This document shows positions 1 to 11,883 of a stretch of DNA of 64,000 bases, in pieces. Both the position numbers and the translations under genes were made by a program. Positions within the stretch are counted from its first letter, which is position 1. Each line of letters starts with the position of its first letter. A model generated the notes under the pieces. It was not told the DNA's origin. It searched no databases and saw nothing but the letters and a program-made list of their open reading frames with translations. The DNA is from Lepidodermella squamata. Taxonomy: Eukaryota; Animalia; Gastrotricha. Where the stretch lies: NCBI GenBank assembly GCA_047495785.1, contig JBLDXI010000013.1, positions 1,302,001 to 1,366,000 on the forward strand, written 5' to 3'.

Positions 1-1677
1 GGCGAGACATGGTCATATAGTTGTCAAAGTTCTGTTTAGCTGAGGTTGTAAAAGCGGGTAAAGTAGGCGGAAAAACGGCAAGAGATCTGTGAAAATGAGA
101 CGATTAAATTTGACTTCAAATTTAAATAACAATCAAACCTCGCGCAATTTAAATTCTCCAGATTGATGGATTTGGTTGGTATATCTTCATCGTTAATATT
201 GCGACTGGCCGTGACGGTCGGATTCATTTTCGCATTGATTGTTGAGCGTTGCCGATGTGTGTCATTATTTCGCTCCATAGACTTGCTTAGCAGCGGCAAT
301 GATTCGGATTTTTTCGGCGACTGAGGGCTATCTGCCATTTGTTCATAAATGACATTTGGATTCTCCGAGTTGTGAGCAACACTGATGTAAGATTCCGAAT
401 GTTGATCGTCGGGGTAATCGTGCTGTGCGACCAAATACCTGGTCGAACCATCAGCCCCAGTCGCTTCAATGAAGCTCTGCTGGGTGTGCACCTCATATTG
501 CTGTTGGTTAGGTGCCATTATGAGCAAAGGCTGCGAAACGGTCTGCTGAGGCGCGATGGCTAGTAGAACAGAGCCACTCTGTTGCTGACCTGGCACTTGA
601 ATCAACAATCCCTGAACCGATGCGGTTTGCGGCTGGGCACTGATCAACACTGGCGCATAAGACTGCTGCTGTGGCTGGGGCGCGGCAATAACCTTCTGCT
701 GTTGCGGCTTGGTTTTGCTCGCTATTTTCATTGGCGTCGCCCCGTTCGCCGCTTTTTTATGCACATCTCTACTCCGCTGGCCCGGAGCTGGGGCCGGGGC
801 GATTTTCGGTGGAGGTGGCAGCGGTTGGCGCGGGTTCCCAGGCGTCGGCACCAACTGCCCGGTCGGTTTCTTAAGGATGGACGATAACAGTGAATTCGAA
901 GACTGGTCCATTTCAGATGAATTCATGCCGTTTTGCAGTGAAGATATTATTGAAGCCGACGATGGCAGGTGTGTCAGTTTAGGAGGCGCTTGTTTTCTCA
1001 AAATTTTCGGCATACTCGTTTTGCTACTCGTGGTCTTAGCTGCTGAGTTTTTCGGCCCAGTAGGGTTCTTAAACGTCGACGGGGCGGGCGAAATGCTAGA
1101 CACACGACTGACTACCGGAGACATACTTCTGTTATTCGACCGTTGACTGATGTCATTAGTCGTTGTCAGTAGCGACGCTGAAAGCAGCGTCGGAGCTTCA
1201 AGCAATGAATGAGTAGGTGTTTGCAGCAAAAAACTCTGATTGTGATGATGTATATTGTGGTGGTGAAACCGATTCGGCGACGCGAATAATTCCTGGAAAT
1301 ACATATATTTTTATTTTTCATCGAAATTCAACCAATAAGATACTCACATGGCTCATGAGAGTTGGCGAGTCCATAAGTCGCGGCGAATGACTGGCGACAG
1401 GGCTCGCCAGGAGTGAATTCGCATTCGACCCATGTTGGCTGTGCGTTACAACGCTGTGCCCTGCCGAGTTCAGCGCAGTGACGTAGGGTATGGTAACGTC
1501 GAGACTTGACGATGACAGCGAAAGTTCGGCCAGCGATGAAAAGCAGTGCAGCGGCGAGAGACTCGAGCTCGGCAGGCAAAAACTTGACGAGCTGACATCA
1601 CAGCCGGCTGATACCGAAACAGCGCACATCGACGACAGCGACATGGCGGAGTTAAGCGCCCGAGTTGGACTGTTCAT
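1..1677 (-). CDS. Unidentified low-complexity Ser/Pro/Gln-rich protein, 5' part (continues off the left edge)
   Basis: ORFs 1318-1677 and 36-1304 join in frame through GT-AG intron 1293-1347 (MSH|ELFASP). A second intron, 87-138, keeps the frame open to position 1. No recognisable domain in this part. Confidence 0.65.
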
Positions 1678-1798
1678 CTCGCAGTCTTCAAGTCGTCATT
1701 ATTGCACCATGCATTTATCACTCAAATAGCTAATCACCTAGAATAAAGAATAGCGATTATTGACTGTTAGCGCTATTATTTGCACAATTTATTCGATT

Positions 1799-3391
1799 TC
1801 ACGCGCTCTTATTTCGCTTGGAATTTTTCGCGCTATAACGAGCGGCTTTCTTCACAGCACCTTTGAAAAACGCGGGAGGTTCACTAACGAACCGCTCCAA
1901 TTTACTCGACGCTTCTTGATCCAGCACTTCGCGCTCTTCCTCTTCAACTACTTCAACAGGGCTAGTTTCGTCAGTTTCAAGAGGCAAATAAGCGGGAAGA
2001 GCTGTGGTGAAAAAAAACTGAGTTGCATAAAACCTTCAAGATTCGACCCTAAACCTACCTTCACTAGATTTCGAAGGTTTCCTTTTCGAACCTATTTGTT
2101 TCGCAGCCTTCCAAACAGGCAGCGATTCGTTTTTCTCTTTCTTTTCGCTCTCTTCCTTAACCAATTTTGATTTTTCCTTGACTTCATCCTTTTTTCCTTT
2201 GGTAGCATCTTTTTTAGCAACCTTTTCAGGCGATTTCTCTTTCGGCGCATCATCATCATCCGCAGCACTACTCCGTTTTCTTACAGATTTAGGTGCGGCC
2301 CATGACTCCAATTGTAAGTTGATTGCGTTAGGATTTTGAGCAACCCTATTCCAGAACTTTTTATCCATCTCTTCGCTAGAAGCCTCCGAGAGTTCCTCCA
2401 TGCGTTTCACGTAATGGTAAAGCTTTTTACGATTCGCAACAAGACAGTTTTGAGATGATGCTTCTTTGAAGATTATTTCAGAAATCCTTTTCAGACTCAA
2501 CTAGAGAAAAGAGATCATTAGCAAACGAGAGGCAAGAGCCTGAGTGATATTTACCGGAAAAGCCCAATCAACAGTATCGTCATTTGTTTTTTCGTCTTGA
2601 GCAGCAACGAAGCCAAGTAAGAATTGGTCAAAAACAGATTTGCCGAACTGAGAGAGCAAGCGCCGGCTGAAAAATTAATAAATTAATAAATGGGCCAAAA
2701 TTGTTGGCAAAATTTTACTCAGTGGAATGGGCTGCTTCACTCGCAAAAATTTTTACAAAACTTTCAGCAGCGTATTGCACACCCTCGCTTTCGTAATAGG
2801 CCTTCAATTCGTCGAACGCCATTTCAGCGGTGAAAAGTTGCAAGCCGAAACATAGATGAGTTGATTTGAAAATCAGCTTTTGAATCACGTCGAAGCAGAA
2901 CCAGTCCACATCTTCGTGAGACCAACTTTTGTCATTCAACCAGTTCAGGCATTTGCGGAAAAACCTCCTGACGAGCATCATAAATTTGTCCATGCGCCAT
3001 TGATCAATCGCGCCCCATTCGCGGGCTTCCGTTTCAAAGAACGCTGAGATGAATTCGCGTTGACAACGCGGGGCGGACTTAGGAATAACGTCCAAAATTG
3101 AGCAAAGCTCTTCGGCTAGATCTTCCTGGGGTAATGGCTTATCGCACATCCACATGCTGAAGTGAAGGCCTTTCCAGAAAGCCTCCATCGATTCGGCGCA
3201 TTCTAAAATCAAGGCGATAAAGAAAATTAGATTCGTTCAACTAAACACTCACTTCCAGGTCGTTTCTTGAGTAATATTTTGAATTTTTTCAAGCCGGACC
3301 TGCGAATTTTACGGTCGTTTCCAGCTAGAAGCTGTACTATTCTCCGCTCACACTCTTTATACGTCGGTTTAGGCTGTTGAACGGCAACCAT
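1799..3391 (-). CDS. RRP1: Ribosomal RNA processing protein 1 (Nop52 family), 5 exons
   Basis: N-terminal LAGNDRKIR and family motifs WKGLHFSMWMCDKPLPQEDLA and REWGAIDQWRMDKFMMLVRRF, followed by a Lys/Glu-rich tail. Four short GT-AG introns preserve the frame. Confidence 0.92.
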
Positions 3392-3802
3392 TTTTGAAAC
3401 AAAACAATATCTAAAACAACAAGGCGCGAACAAGAATAAAAACTCTAATTCATTATTATGTGCTTGTGTAATAAGAAGGAGAGAGGCTCAAACGCACTGC
3501 TTCAGGCATCAGTCAGTTAACACTTTTCAAAAAGCTTCGCGCTAGAAAGTGTCATAGCTCACCAATATCAATAACTTGCAGTAGAAAAATGGTGCTAAAA
3601 CACCGTTTCAAACACAGTAAAGGACGGTTTTTATAACGAGATTTGAGCTTAAATTGCATGATTCACTGGAATGACTTCAAATTATGCTGGAAAATCTATT
3701 TTTCAAATCGCCACATGATTTCAATAGGATACAACGGCAAGAAAACATGATTACATCAACAATCATTGATAAGATAGAAAATCAAAAAACTAAACACCGC
3801 AT

Positions 3803-6114
3803 TTAGATCAAATTTGACAATCGTTGGAACAACACCGAGACATCTTCATCGCCATTAGGAGAGTTTTTCCCAGCGGAAATGAGCGCGTGCATGGCAACAA
3901 ACATAGATTGCGCGTTCAAACCGGCTTCATTGGCCAGCGAGTTGAAACACTTGGCGAAAGCAGCGGCGTAGTTCACCGTGCAAGACAAAAGACGAAGTTT
4001 TTCAGGGCTCGAAGAACTAGCCCTGTTCTTTTCGGGGGACATAGCAGCTGTAGCGCTCAAGGAATGTGGTAGCAAGAAAGACGAAGAACTTTTCGAACCG
4101 GTCGCGAGAAGTTGCGAAGTCAAACCAATTTGAGCAGATTCTAAAGGTAAACATTGCGAAAAATGGTCTTTGCTTTGATGACGCATCAATCGCATCATAA
4201 AATCAGCGGGCAGGCCACTCTTCTGGGCCATACTGATCGCTTCGCAAAATGCTAGATTCTGCGTGTGCACCAGCATATCTGAGATAGACTTTGCCTTCAA
4301 AGCAAGTGTTGGATCTTGCCAGTTACTATCCGTAGTTTCATAGGTTCCGCCAAGAGACCGTAATAAATCGTCTATGTCCTTGTAAAGACGATGAGTTCCG
4401 GAGACTAGGAACGATAACTTCGCATCAGCTGCATCAACAACATTTCCGAAAACTGCGCAATACAGATAAGCAACTCGACGCTGCTCCAGCATCTGATTGA
4501 TCTGATTCACGTACAGAATCGTCGGGGTACCCAGGTCAACAATACCCTTGGACGGGTCAACGCAAGCCAGGATGCCATGCCTCGGCTCGAAAAAAGCCTC
4601 GTGGACCTCTTCTTCAGTCAACATCAAAGTGAAAATTACGTCACTCGAATCGATCACGTCAGCTTTCGAGGCGCATGACACGGCGCCGAAACCAGTGGCT
4701 AGTTTTGCCGACTGGGCATTGGTGTCGAAGACATGTACTTTAGAGTTGGCCGCGCATAAATGGCGAACCATTATCAGACTGAGGGGTTGGAGACCGATAA
4801 ACCCGAACCGTATGCCGTTTTCGTTCAACAAATTGATAGATCGTTTAGAATCTAACATAAGATGATGCCTATAACGCCAGTCAAAACATGGAAACTAGCT
4901 CACCTGAAGTCTTCCCGGGAGCAAGAATTTTCGGCATATCCTGCAAATCTGCCGACAATAAGTTACGGTTTTGAGCGACATAAGCCTACAGGCGACATAA
5001 AATACGATGAAATTAAAAAGAAACGAAGCAAAACACTAACTTCATCGAATGCAGAGCTTGATTTAGCTCCAATCGGGCCAATCGGAGGGAGACTAGTTCT
5101 AGACTTTGACTTGTCTGCAGACTTGTTTTCAGGAGATGCTAGAGACGGCCTGCCACGTTTTCTTGTGGGTGAAATAATAGATTCAGAGGAGCCGTTGCCG
5201 ACAATAGGTTGGTCTTGTGTTACTTCCTTTTTTGCTTTCTTCTTTGGCGAAGCCGCTGTCTGTTCGGCAGCCGCAGAGCGACCTCTGCCACGTTTAGGAG
5301 CTACTTCGCTTTTATTTTCTTCAGCGTCAAGTTTAGCCACGCCGTTCAATTGTGCAGCAACAGCAGCCGGCTGTAATTCTTCATTACTCGTAGATGACAG
5401 CTTCTTACCTTTTGCAGCGGCTTTCGTCTTTTTTGTCTCAGCGGATTTATTTTGAGCGCGCCGGGGGCTAGTTCTACCGCTGACTTCATCGGCGAAAACA
5501 TAATGATCTAGTGGAGCCGACACAGCTTCCTCGTCAGGCATTTCAATCGCATCCAAGGCGTGAGCAGGGTTATGAGTGTTAGCTGGTTTATTTTCTTCTT
5601 TCGAAGGTGAAACTTGATCAGGACGCTTGGTTTGAACCACAGAGATGTCGTTGGATCCAGTCGAAGCTGTTTCCGACGGCATAGTCTCGGATGATGGAGT
5701 CCGAGTAGGCGGCTATGGATAGCAATTCAATATTTTCAAATCTAATACCAAAATGATGAAGCTAACCGGAATCTCAGCCGTGATTCCGAGGTGTTTATCA
5801 GCAGCAGCAACCAATTTTCGCCAATTTCCGGTGGCTTTCAATGATTTGGATCCCATGAAGTTATCCCTGTAGTCACGGTAGTCCCAGATTGCGTTTGGTT
5901 TCACCCAACTGCACGTTTTTAGATCAGGAAACCATCGTACAAAGTAACTGCCGTCAGTCTGCGAGTCATCAGGCAAGGGCTCGACGATACCAGGGTAAAG
6001 CTTAGCGCTGAATTTCGCCCTATCGGATATATACAATTCAAAGGTTTTGGCGATTTCTTGGACTGGTAAATCTTACCAAACAGTATGACCGGGCTGAAAT
6101 CGCTTCGCAGCCAT
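3803..6114 (-). CDS. GLYR1: GLYR1/NP60/NDF-like protein: PWWP domain, AT-hooks, 3-hydroxyisobutyrate-dehydrogenase-like domain; 5 exons
   Basis: MAAKRFQPGHTVW|AKF...YFVRWFPD...SWV is PWWP-like, KRGRPS and KRGRGRS are AT-hook-like, and the C-terminal domain begins FGFIGL with beta-HAD family features. This domain order is that of GLYR1, although the sequence is divergent. Confidence 0.8.
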
Positions 6115-7233
6115 TTAGTTAATTCTTCAGCCGTATCTAATTGAGCAATATCAACTAATCCCACTTTTATAGCAATTCAACGATTATTAATAGGTCAACA
6201 AACGATTTATGACATTTAGCGTGACATTTAGCGCGTGCAAACATAATTTCTGACCTCAAAACGTCACAAAACTGCGACAAATGCTCAGCAAACCCCAAAA
6301 CATTCAAGCTTCTGTAGGGGATTCGCTTATAACTTCACAGCATGTTAAAAAAAGCTGACTTCTTCATTAGGCAAATCTTCATGTTCCTCACAAGATTAAT
6401 GAAAACATGTAGAGCAGCCGTAGCAAATTATCATGGATTCGTTCTTGCACTACCAACACCTCGACCACAAGTTCTCCCATTCAGGTGAAAAGGGCTCTGT
6501 CGCAACTACAGGCCAACTGAATAGCACACTGGGCTTTTCATTAATACGGTAACTGGCGGGTAGGATGGAGTACGAGGAATAAGGCTAAGAAGCCAGGTTT
6601 TGAGTTTCGAAAGCTCATTTTTGTTCTTCTCGAAAATATTAGCTCGCCTCTTTTTACGCCTTCGCGAAGATTTTCCGTGAACAGTACCCGAAGATGGTGG
6701 GACATTTGAGTGAAAGTGGGTACGGGTCAATTTTATTCTGGCCGCTAAGCCTAGCCCTAAAATCTAAAATTAACCCTAAACCACTAACTTGCATGAAAGT
6801 AGTCAATTCAATCTAAAACTTGAATGGCCCTCAATTTACTAGCCCGCTGACTCAATTTCGTCCAACATAAATAATCTCTTAATTCTACTCTACAGTTAAA
6901 AAAAAAAGTACGCCCCTAGACTGTGATAATTATAACGTACTACCCCTATTGTTCCTAGCCGTCCGCCGTTAACAGGTTCGTAAGAGCAGAGACTTGAGGC
7001 TTGAAGGTTTGAGGTTTGAGGTTTGGGACATGAGAAACGCCCCCGGAACTGCTGCCGATCCAAAAATTCCCAGCTGGAGAAACCGCGGTCGTAAAACTAA
7101 TTTAAAAACATATTTACAAATATATGCATTTTCGTTACATTTTCTAAAGAAATATATGTTTGCAATTAATTTACACATATATACATCCAAGGTTGGTCGC
7201 AGGTTTAAATGTGTGAACAAGGAGGACCATCGG

Positions 7234-7910
7234 GCCGTTTCAGATTCCAGACGCTATGAAATGCTTCCCAAGCAATTGCTTCCAAAGCAACTGCTTCCCA
7301 AGCAGCACGCTTGCAGAGCACTGCTTCTCAAGCATTGCTTCCCAATCAACTGCTTCCCAAGCAACTAATTCCCAAGCAATTGATTGGGAAGCACTACTTT
7401 TCAAGCAAGCTGAATTTTTAGGAAATTCCCTATTTAGCCCTGTTACCGCGGGTTGTAGGCCACACGGAGCAAGGATCCGTTGCGTGATCAATCAACCGAT
7501 CGATCAAGGAATTCAACGGTGACATAAAAAGCTAATGAAAAATATGTTTTATTTCACATCTGAATGGAGGGTGGCTAGGACCCAGGGCGAAAGATGAGTT
7601 TGATCGAGAAGCATCATGAGAGTAACTACGTCTCATGAGAAGCATTAGCTCGGAATTTAACAATCCAATTTTCGGCTTTACTTGCGATTTCCTATTACTT
7701 ATTACTTTTGTGGCTCATCGGTGAAAAATCGCGAAACTCTGCTTGGGAAGCATTTGCTTTGGAAGCAACTGCTTCCGAAGCAGTGATTGTTACGCCATGT
7801 TTATTTACCTGCTTGGGAAGCACTTTGCTTCTAGAGCAGTGATTGGGAAGCAGTTGCTTTGGAAGCAATTGCTTGGGAAGCATTTCATAGCGTCTGGAAT
7901 CTGAAACGGC
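7234..7910. mobile_element. Non-autonomous DNA transposon (MITE/foldback-like) with long TIRs and 8-bp TSD
   Basis: Perfect terminal inverted repeat of about 68 bp starting GCCGTTTCAGATTCCAGACGCTATGAAATG, followed by arrays of a ~15-bp TGCTTCCCAAGCA unit at both ends. The direct repeat ACCATCGG flanks it at 7226-7233 and 7911-7918. Confidence 0.92.
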
Positions 7911-8975
7911 ACCATCGGCCAAGGACCGCTCGGAGCGTGACGGCTTCGTCCGAGGTGGAGGCGGCATGGCATCATCGTCTTCCCTGTTATGTTGCATACG
8001 TCAATCTTAAAAAAATGTGCTGGTAAGTTATGAACCGACGCTTTTGATCCAAATGTTCCCGCAGCAGGCACTGAATGGTTCACAGTCCACCTCAGATGCA
8101 TCCCCTGGGACGGCGATTATCCTCTCCTCCTTTTGACTCCTTTGAGCGCTGTTGGCGATCAGTTATCAGTTGCTAAACATATTTTCCATTTTTTGAAATA
8201 CGAAATATCGAACGATTCGGCGAATTGGTCTTATTCAATTTTTAGGATGAACAAACCGAAAATAAATTCGGCATTCTGTTGCTCTCAACCTTTGCTCCTA
8301 ACGACACAATAACATTTTTCTGTTAGCCGTTCGTGTTCTAAGGTGTCACTAGACATAAGGGCAATCCCTCCAGGCATGCGATTTCTTCCAGTCGATCGTA
8401 GCTTCCCTATTTTACATTCGATGCTCTCATCGCCGCCCGATCAAGAAGTAATGTACGAGCTGCTCATGTAGCATCTTATATTTCTTGAGGTACCTATCTG
8501 TCTTGTCTCGCACGCTTGTCTGCTGCTATTCAATGAGCCGTCAATGATTTGTAACGAATCACTGATGATTTCAATGTAAACCTCAAGCGTTACAGTAACG
8601 ATGATCTTGCCATGTAGAGCTCTATCAGCCCTGAGATCCATAGTAGTAAATGGTAATTCAAGATTTCAAGAGCTCGTGACCCAGCTTTACTTCGTCGAAT
8701 ATAATCCCTCGATCCGACGCTATTTTCGTAATAAAAGTAATTATTAAGTAACGCAAACGCTTAACGAAAGTCGAAATAAATAACTCCGAGAAACTTTATT
8801 ACAAATAGCCCTGCAACTTATAGCTTCTAGCCTCAGGTTTAACGCAACATTTCAGTGGATTTAATTTGTAGCCGACAGCAATATCTGTCTGAAAATGTTC
8901 ACAATGCACGCGTTGAAATTTACCGTGGCCTTACGGTAGCGAGTACTCGGATTTTTCTTCAGCTGCGCAGTTGAA

Positions 8976-10268
8976 ATGTTACGACTAATTGTATTGCTTA
9001 ACATTATTTTTGATGTCTTGGGACAAGAAGCGAGTACACAATCTCCACAACAATTTTCAACTCTCAGTGAAACTAGTTCCGACGGCGGGTCCCGTATCAA
9101 GGCATGTGCGCGTTGCATGTATTGGGAGGGGCAGTTGCCTTTAAACCTTCAAGACCAATTAAAATCCACGCCAAAAGATCCCCGCTGCTTGCGCTGGGTG
9201 GACAATATTCCGGTCAGTGAGTATGAAAATTGCGGTACAGCGATGGATGGAGAATCGAATGCCTGCGTTTATGTGAATCTCACGATTGTAATGGTAAGAA
9301 AGCAATCAAATTTCAATTAAGACTCTTGGTTAAAAGCAAAATTTTTTTAGCAAAATGCAGCAACAGATGCCTTGAATCAAGCTGGCCAACAGATCGGCTC
9401 TATCAGTGGCACGGCTGGCAACGTCTTGGGAACGGCCGCAAACCCTGTGGGTGCTTTGACGAATGCATCAGGTATAAGCAGTTCTTCTATTCCGCTCGCC
9501 AACAATGCTGGCAGCGTGTCAGGAGTTGACAGTAACACTAACGCAGCGAGCAGTGTTCCAGCTTCGTCAGTGATATCAGCGTCTCGCTTTGGACGAGCTG
9601 GACGTCGTTGGCAGAGGCGCCAAGTCATGATAGGAGGCGATAATTCTCCTGGCTACCTATCAAGACCCTACCGAACGAAACAGTCGCAGCTAGGATCCAA
9701 CTTCGGACAATCCAATAGCATAGCATCTGGCTCGCAAACGTTTGGCCAAAATCAGCCCAATCTATCACAGCCTTTGTCACCAGTCAGTAATGCGGTGGGA
9801 ATGGGCCAGGGACTTAGTTCAACAGGGCCGACTGTTTTAAAAATTTGGTACAAGGGCTGTGTAAAACTGTCGCTCCTAGAGACACTTGCTGGTTCGCACT
9901 GCAAACTGACTCCGGAATTCGCAGATATTCGATTCTTTTCCCAACAGGCTTGTGTAATAAATTGATGTATATTTAATTACAGAACTGGATTTTTACAGGC
10001 CCTTTTGCAGCCACTAATGGATGCGATCACTTCACTAAATACTTTATTCGGCAGCTCTTCCAACTCTACTACGACTGTCGATGGGCTATGCTACTTTTTG
10101 AACAAAGAATTCGCTCGAGAGCTATGGAAAACAATGATGAAATTTTCAGCTGGCAGCTCATCTTCAAGCAGTAGCAGCGGCATCGCTAGTGGGCTTGGAA
10201 GCGCTTTGGGCGGCAGCAGCTTATTGGGCGGTACTTCATCAAGCCTCGTTCAAGGTCTCGGGAAATGA
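8976..10268 (+). CDS. Secreted Cys-rich protein, paralog A of a three-gene cluster (3 exons)
   Basis: Signal-peptide-like start. Exons 8976-9293, 9351-9947 (or 9953) and 9999-10268. Shares CxxC, DGESNACxY, YKGCVxLSxLETLxGSxC and DIRFFSQQ blocks with B and C. Confidence 0.88.
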
Positions 10269-10377
10269 GACTAAAAATGTTGACGTCTTCTATTTATTCA
10301 CCCTTGGTTTTTTAGGCTTCGCTGCCTTGAAATTATTTCATGAGATATCATTTTGATGAAGTAAAAGTGAAAAAAAT

Positions 10378-11543
10378 TTAACCGCCTAAAACACTGGTGA
10401 CTGGTTTCATCATGTCCGGGTCATAATGAAGCATAGCCTTCCAAACTTGTCGGGTAAATTCCTTTTTGACAATATAACAAAGGCCGTCTACGCCAATTTT
10501 TGTACCAGCGAACCCGTATAAGCCTTGGTTCAAAGTATCAACGAGGTCCATCATCGGCTGAAGCAGCGCTTGCTGGGAGAAGAATCGAATGTCGTTGATA
10601 TCAGGGTCCAGACGGCAATTCGACCCGGTCAGAGTTTCCAAGAGGGAAAGTCTAACGCAGCCTTTGTAGAATATTTTGTAGGTGTAAGTTCCGTTGTTTT
10701 TCGTGACAAAATCTGGCAATTTGACCCCGTTCAAAATGCTTGCAATCGAACTATTTGCTGTTCCTAGGGCGCCACCTAACGCACCATTAACCGATCCAAG
10801 ACCTCCTCCAAGCGCGCCGTTAGCAGAACCGATAACCCCACCCAAACCTGAAGAGCCGCTTCCCAAGATGTTGCCAAGATTAACCTGTCGCTTTTTGCGC
10901 CCGAAACCCGGAACCCTAGGAGCTGTCACGGGTAGCTTCGGTATTGTTACCGGAATGGTTATTGGAAGTTTCGGGGTGGTCAAAAATTGAGGAATAGTCA
11001 CACCGGCTGCAGTAAGGGCGCCCCCAATCGGATTACTAGGATTGATTGTCACGCCGATGGCAGAGCCAAGACTGCCAAGTGGATCGCTGGTGTTGATTTT
11101 AATTGGAATATTGCCAAGAGGATCCGCTAGAATAGTGCCAGCTTGACCCAAAGCAGAGGTAGCATTGGCCCCGATCATGTTCAACAAGTCGGTAAGAATA
11201 TTCTTAATACTGATCGTCATATTGAAATAGAGGCACGCGTTTGATTCGCCATCAAATGGTGTGCCACAATCTTCATACCTGAAATGAAAAGTTTTAATTC
11301 CACCTTAAAAATTAAGGTTTTCATTACGTACTGAGATTCAGGAATGCCATCGTTCCACTTTTTACACCGCGAGTCGTTTTTGTTTCCAGGAATCGGTATG
11401 AAATTTTGTAAATTCAGCGGTAAGCCCCCTTCCATGTAGAAGCATTTTGGGCATCGTTGAACCCGAATAGCAGTGTTTTGGTCACTCTGTTGTTGTGAGC
11501 TGATAGCAGCCAAGGAAACTAAGAAGAGCGCAACCCAAAGCAT
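10378..11543 (-). CDS. Secreted Cys-rich protein, paralog B (2 exons)
   Basis: MLWVALFLVSLAAISSQ signal-like start. Intron 11279-11331 joins ESQ|YEDCGTPFDGESNACLY. Internal FGRKKRQ site. Confidence 0.9.
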
Positions 11544-11883
11544 GGCAGCAATGTCTATAGCGAAAAGTTCAAAATCACCGATGAAACCAGCTAAATTTAT
11601 CCACCGCGGATCTTGGGCCATGACCTTTCAACCGTTATATAGTTTACCGCTGCCTACGCAATCTCGCTCGTGTTTACCGGGCTAAACTTTTTTTGATCGT
11701 GTCAGCGCGGAGATTTTATATATTCCAACTCAGGAGAAATGTATTTTTTTATTACTATTCGTGTTGTAACACAAAATACTGCAAACTTAGTCAGGCACAT
11801 TTTTATAGCTGGTAAAGCTGTAGTTATTGTGTTATATTTTGCGTGATTCAAAGCCATTCCCTCGCTTTTCGGCTGTTTCCGGT

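Noticed and set aside
6994-7027. GTTTGAG repeats resembling the 3' end of nematode SL1
   Set aside because: The rest of the leader, the donor context and an Sm site are absent.
7256-7890. Regular short palindromic repeats resembling a CRISPR array, and ORFs with LLPKQ or NCFPS repeats
   Set aside because: The units are contiguous without unique spacers, there are no cas genes, and the context is eukaryotic. They are TIR subrepeats and the ORFs are their translations.
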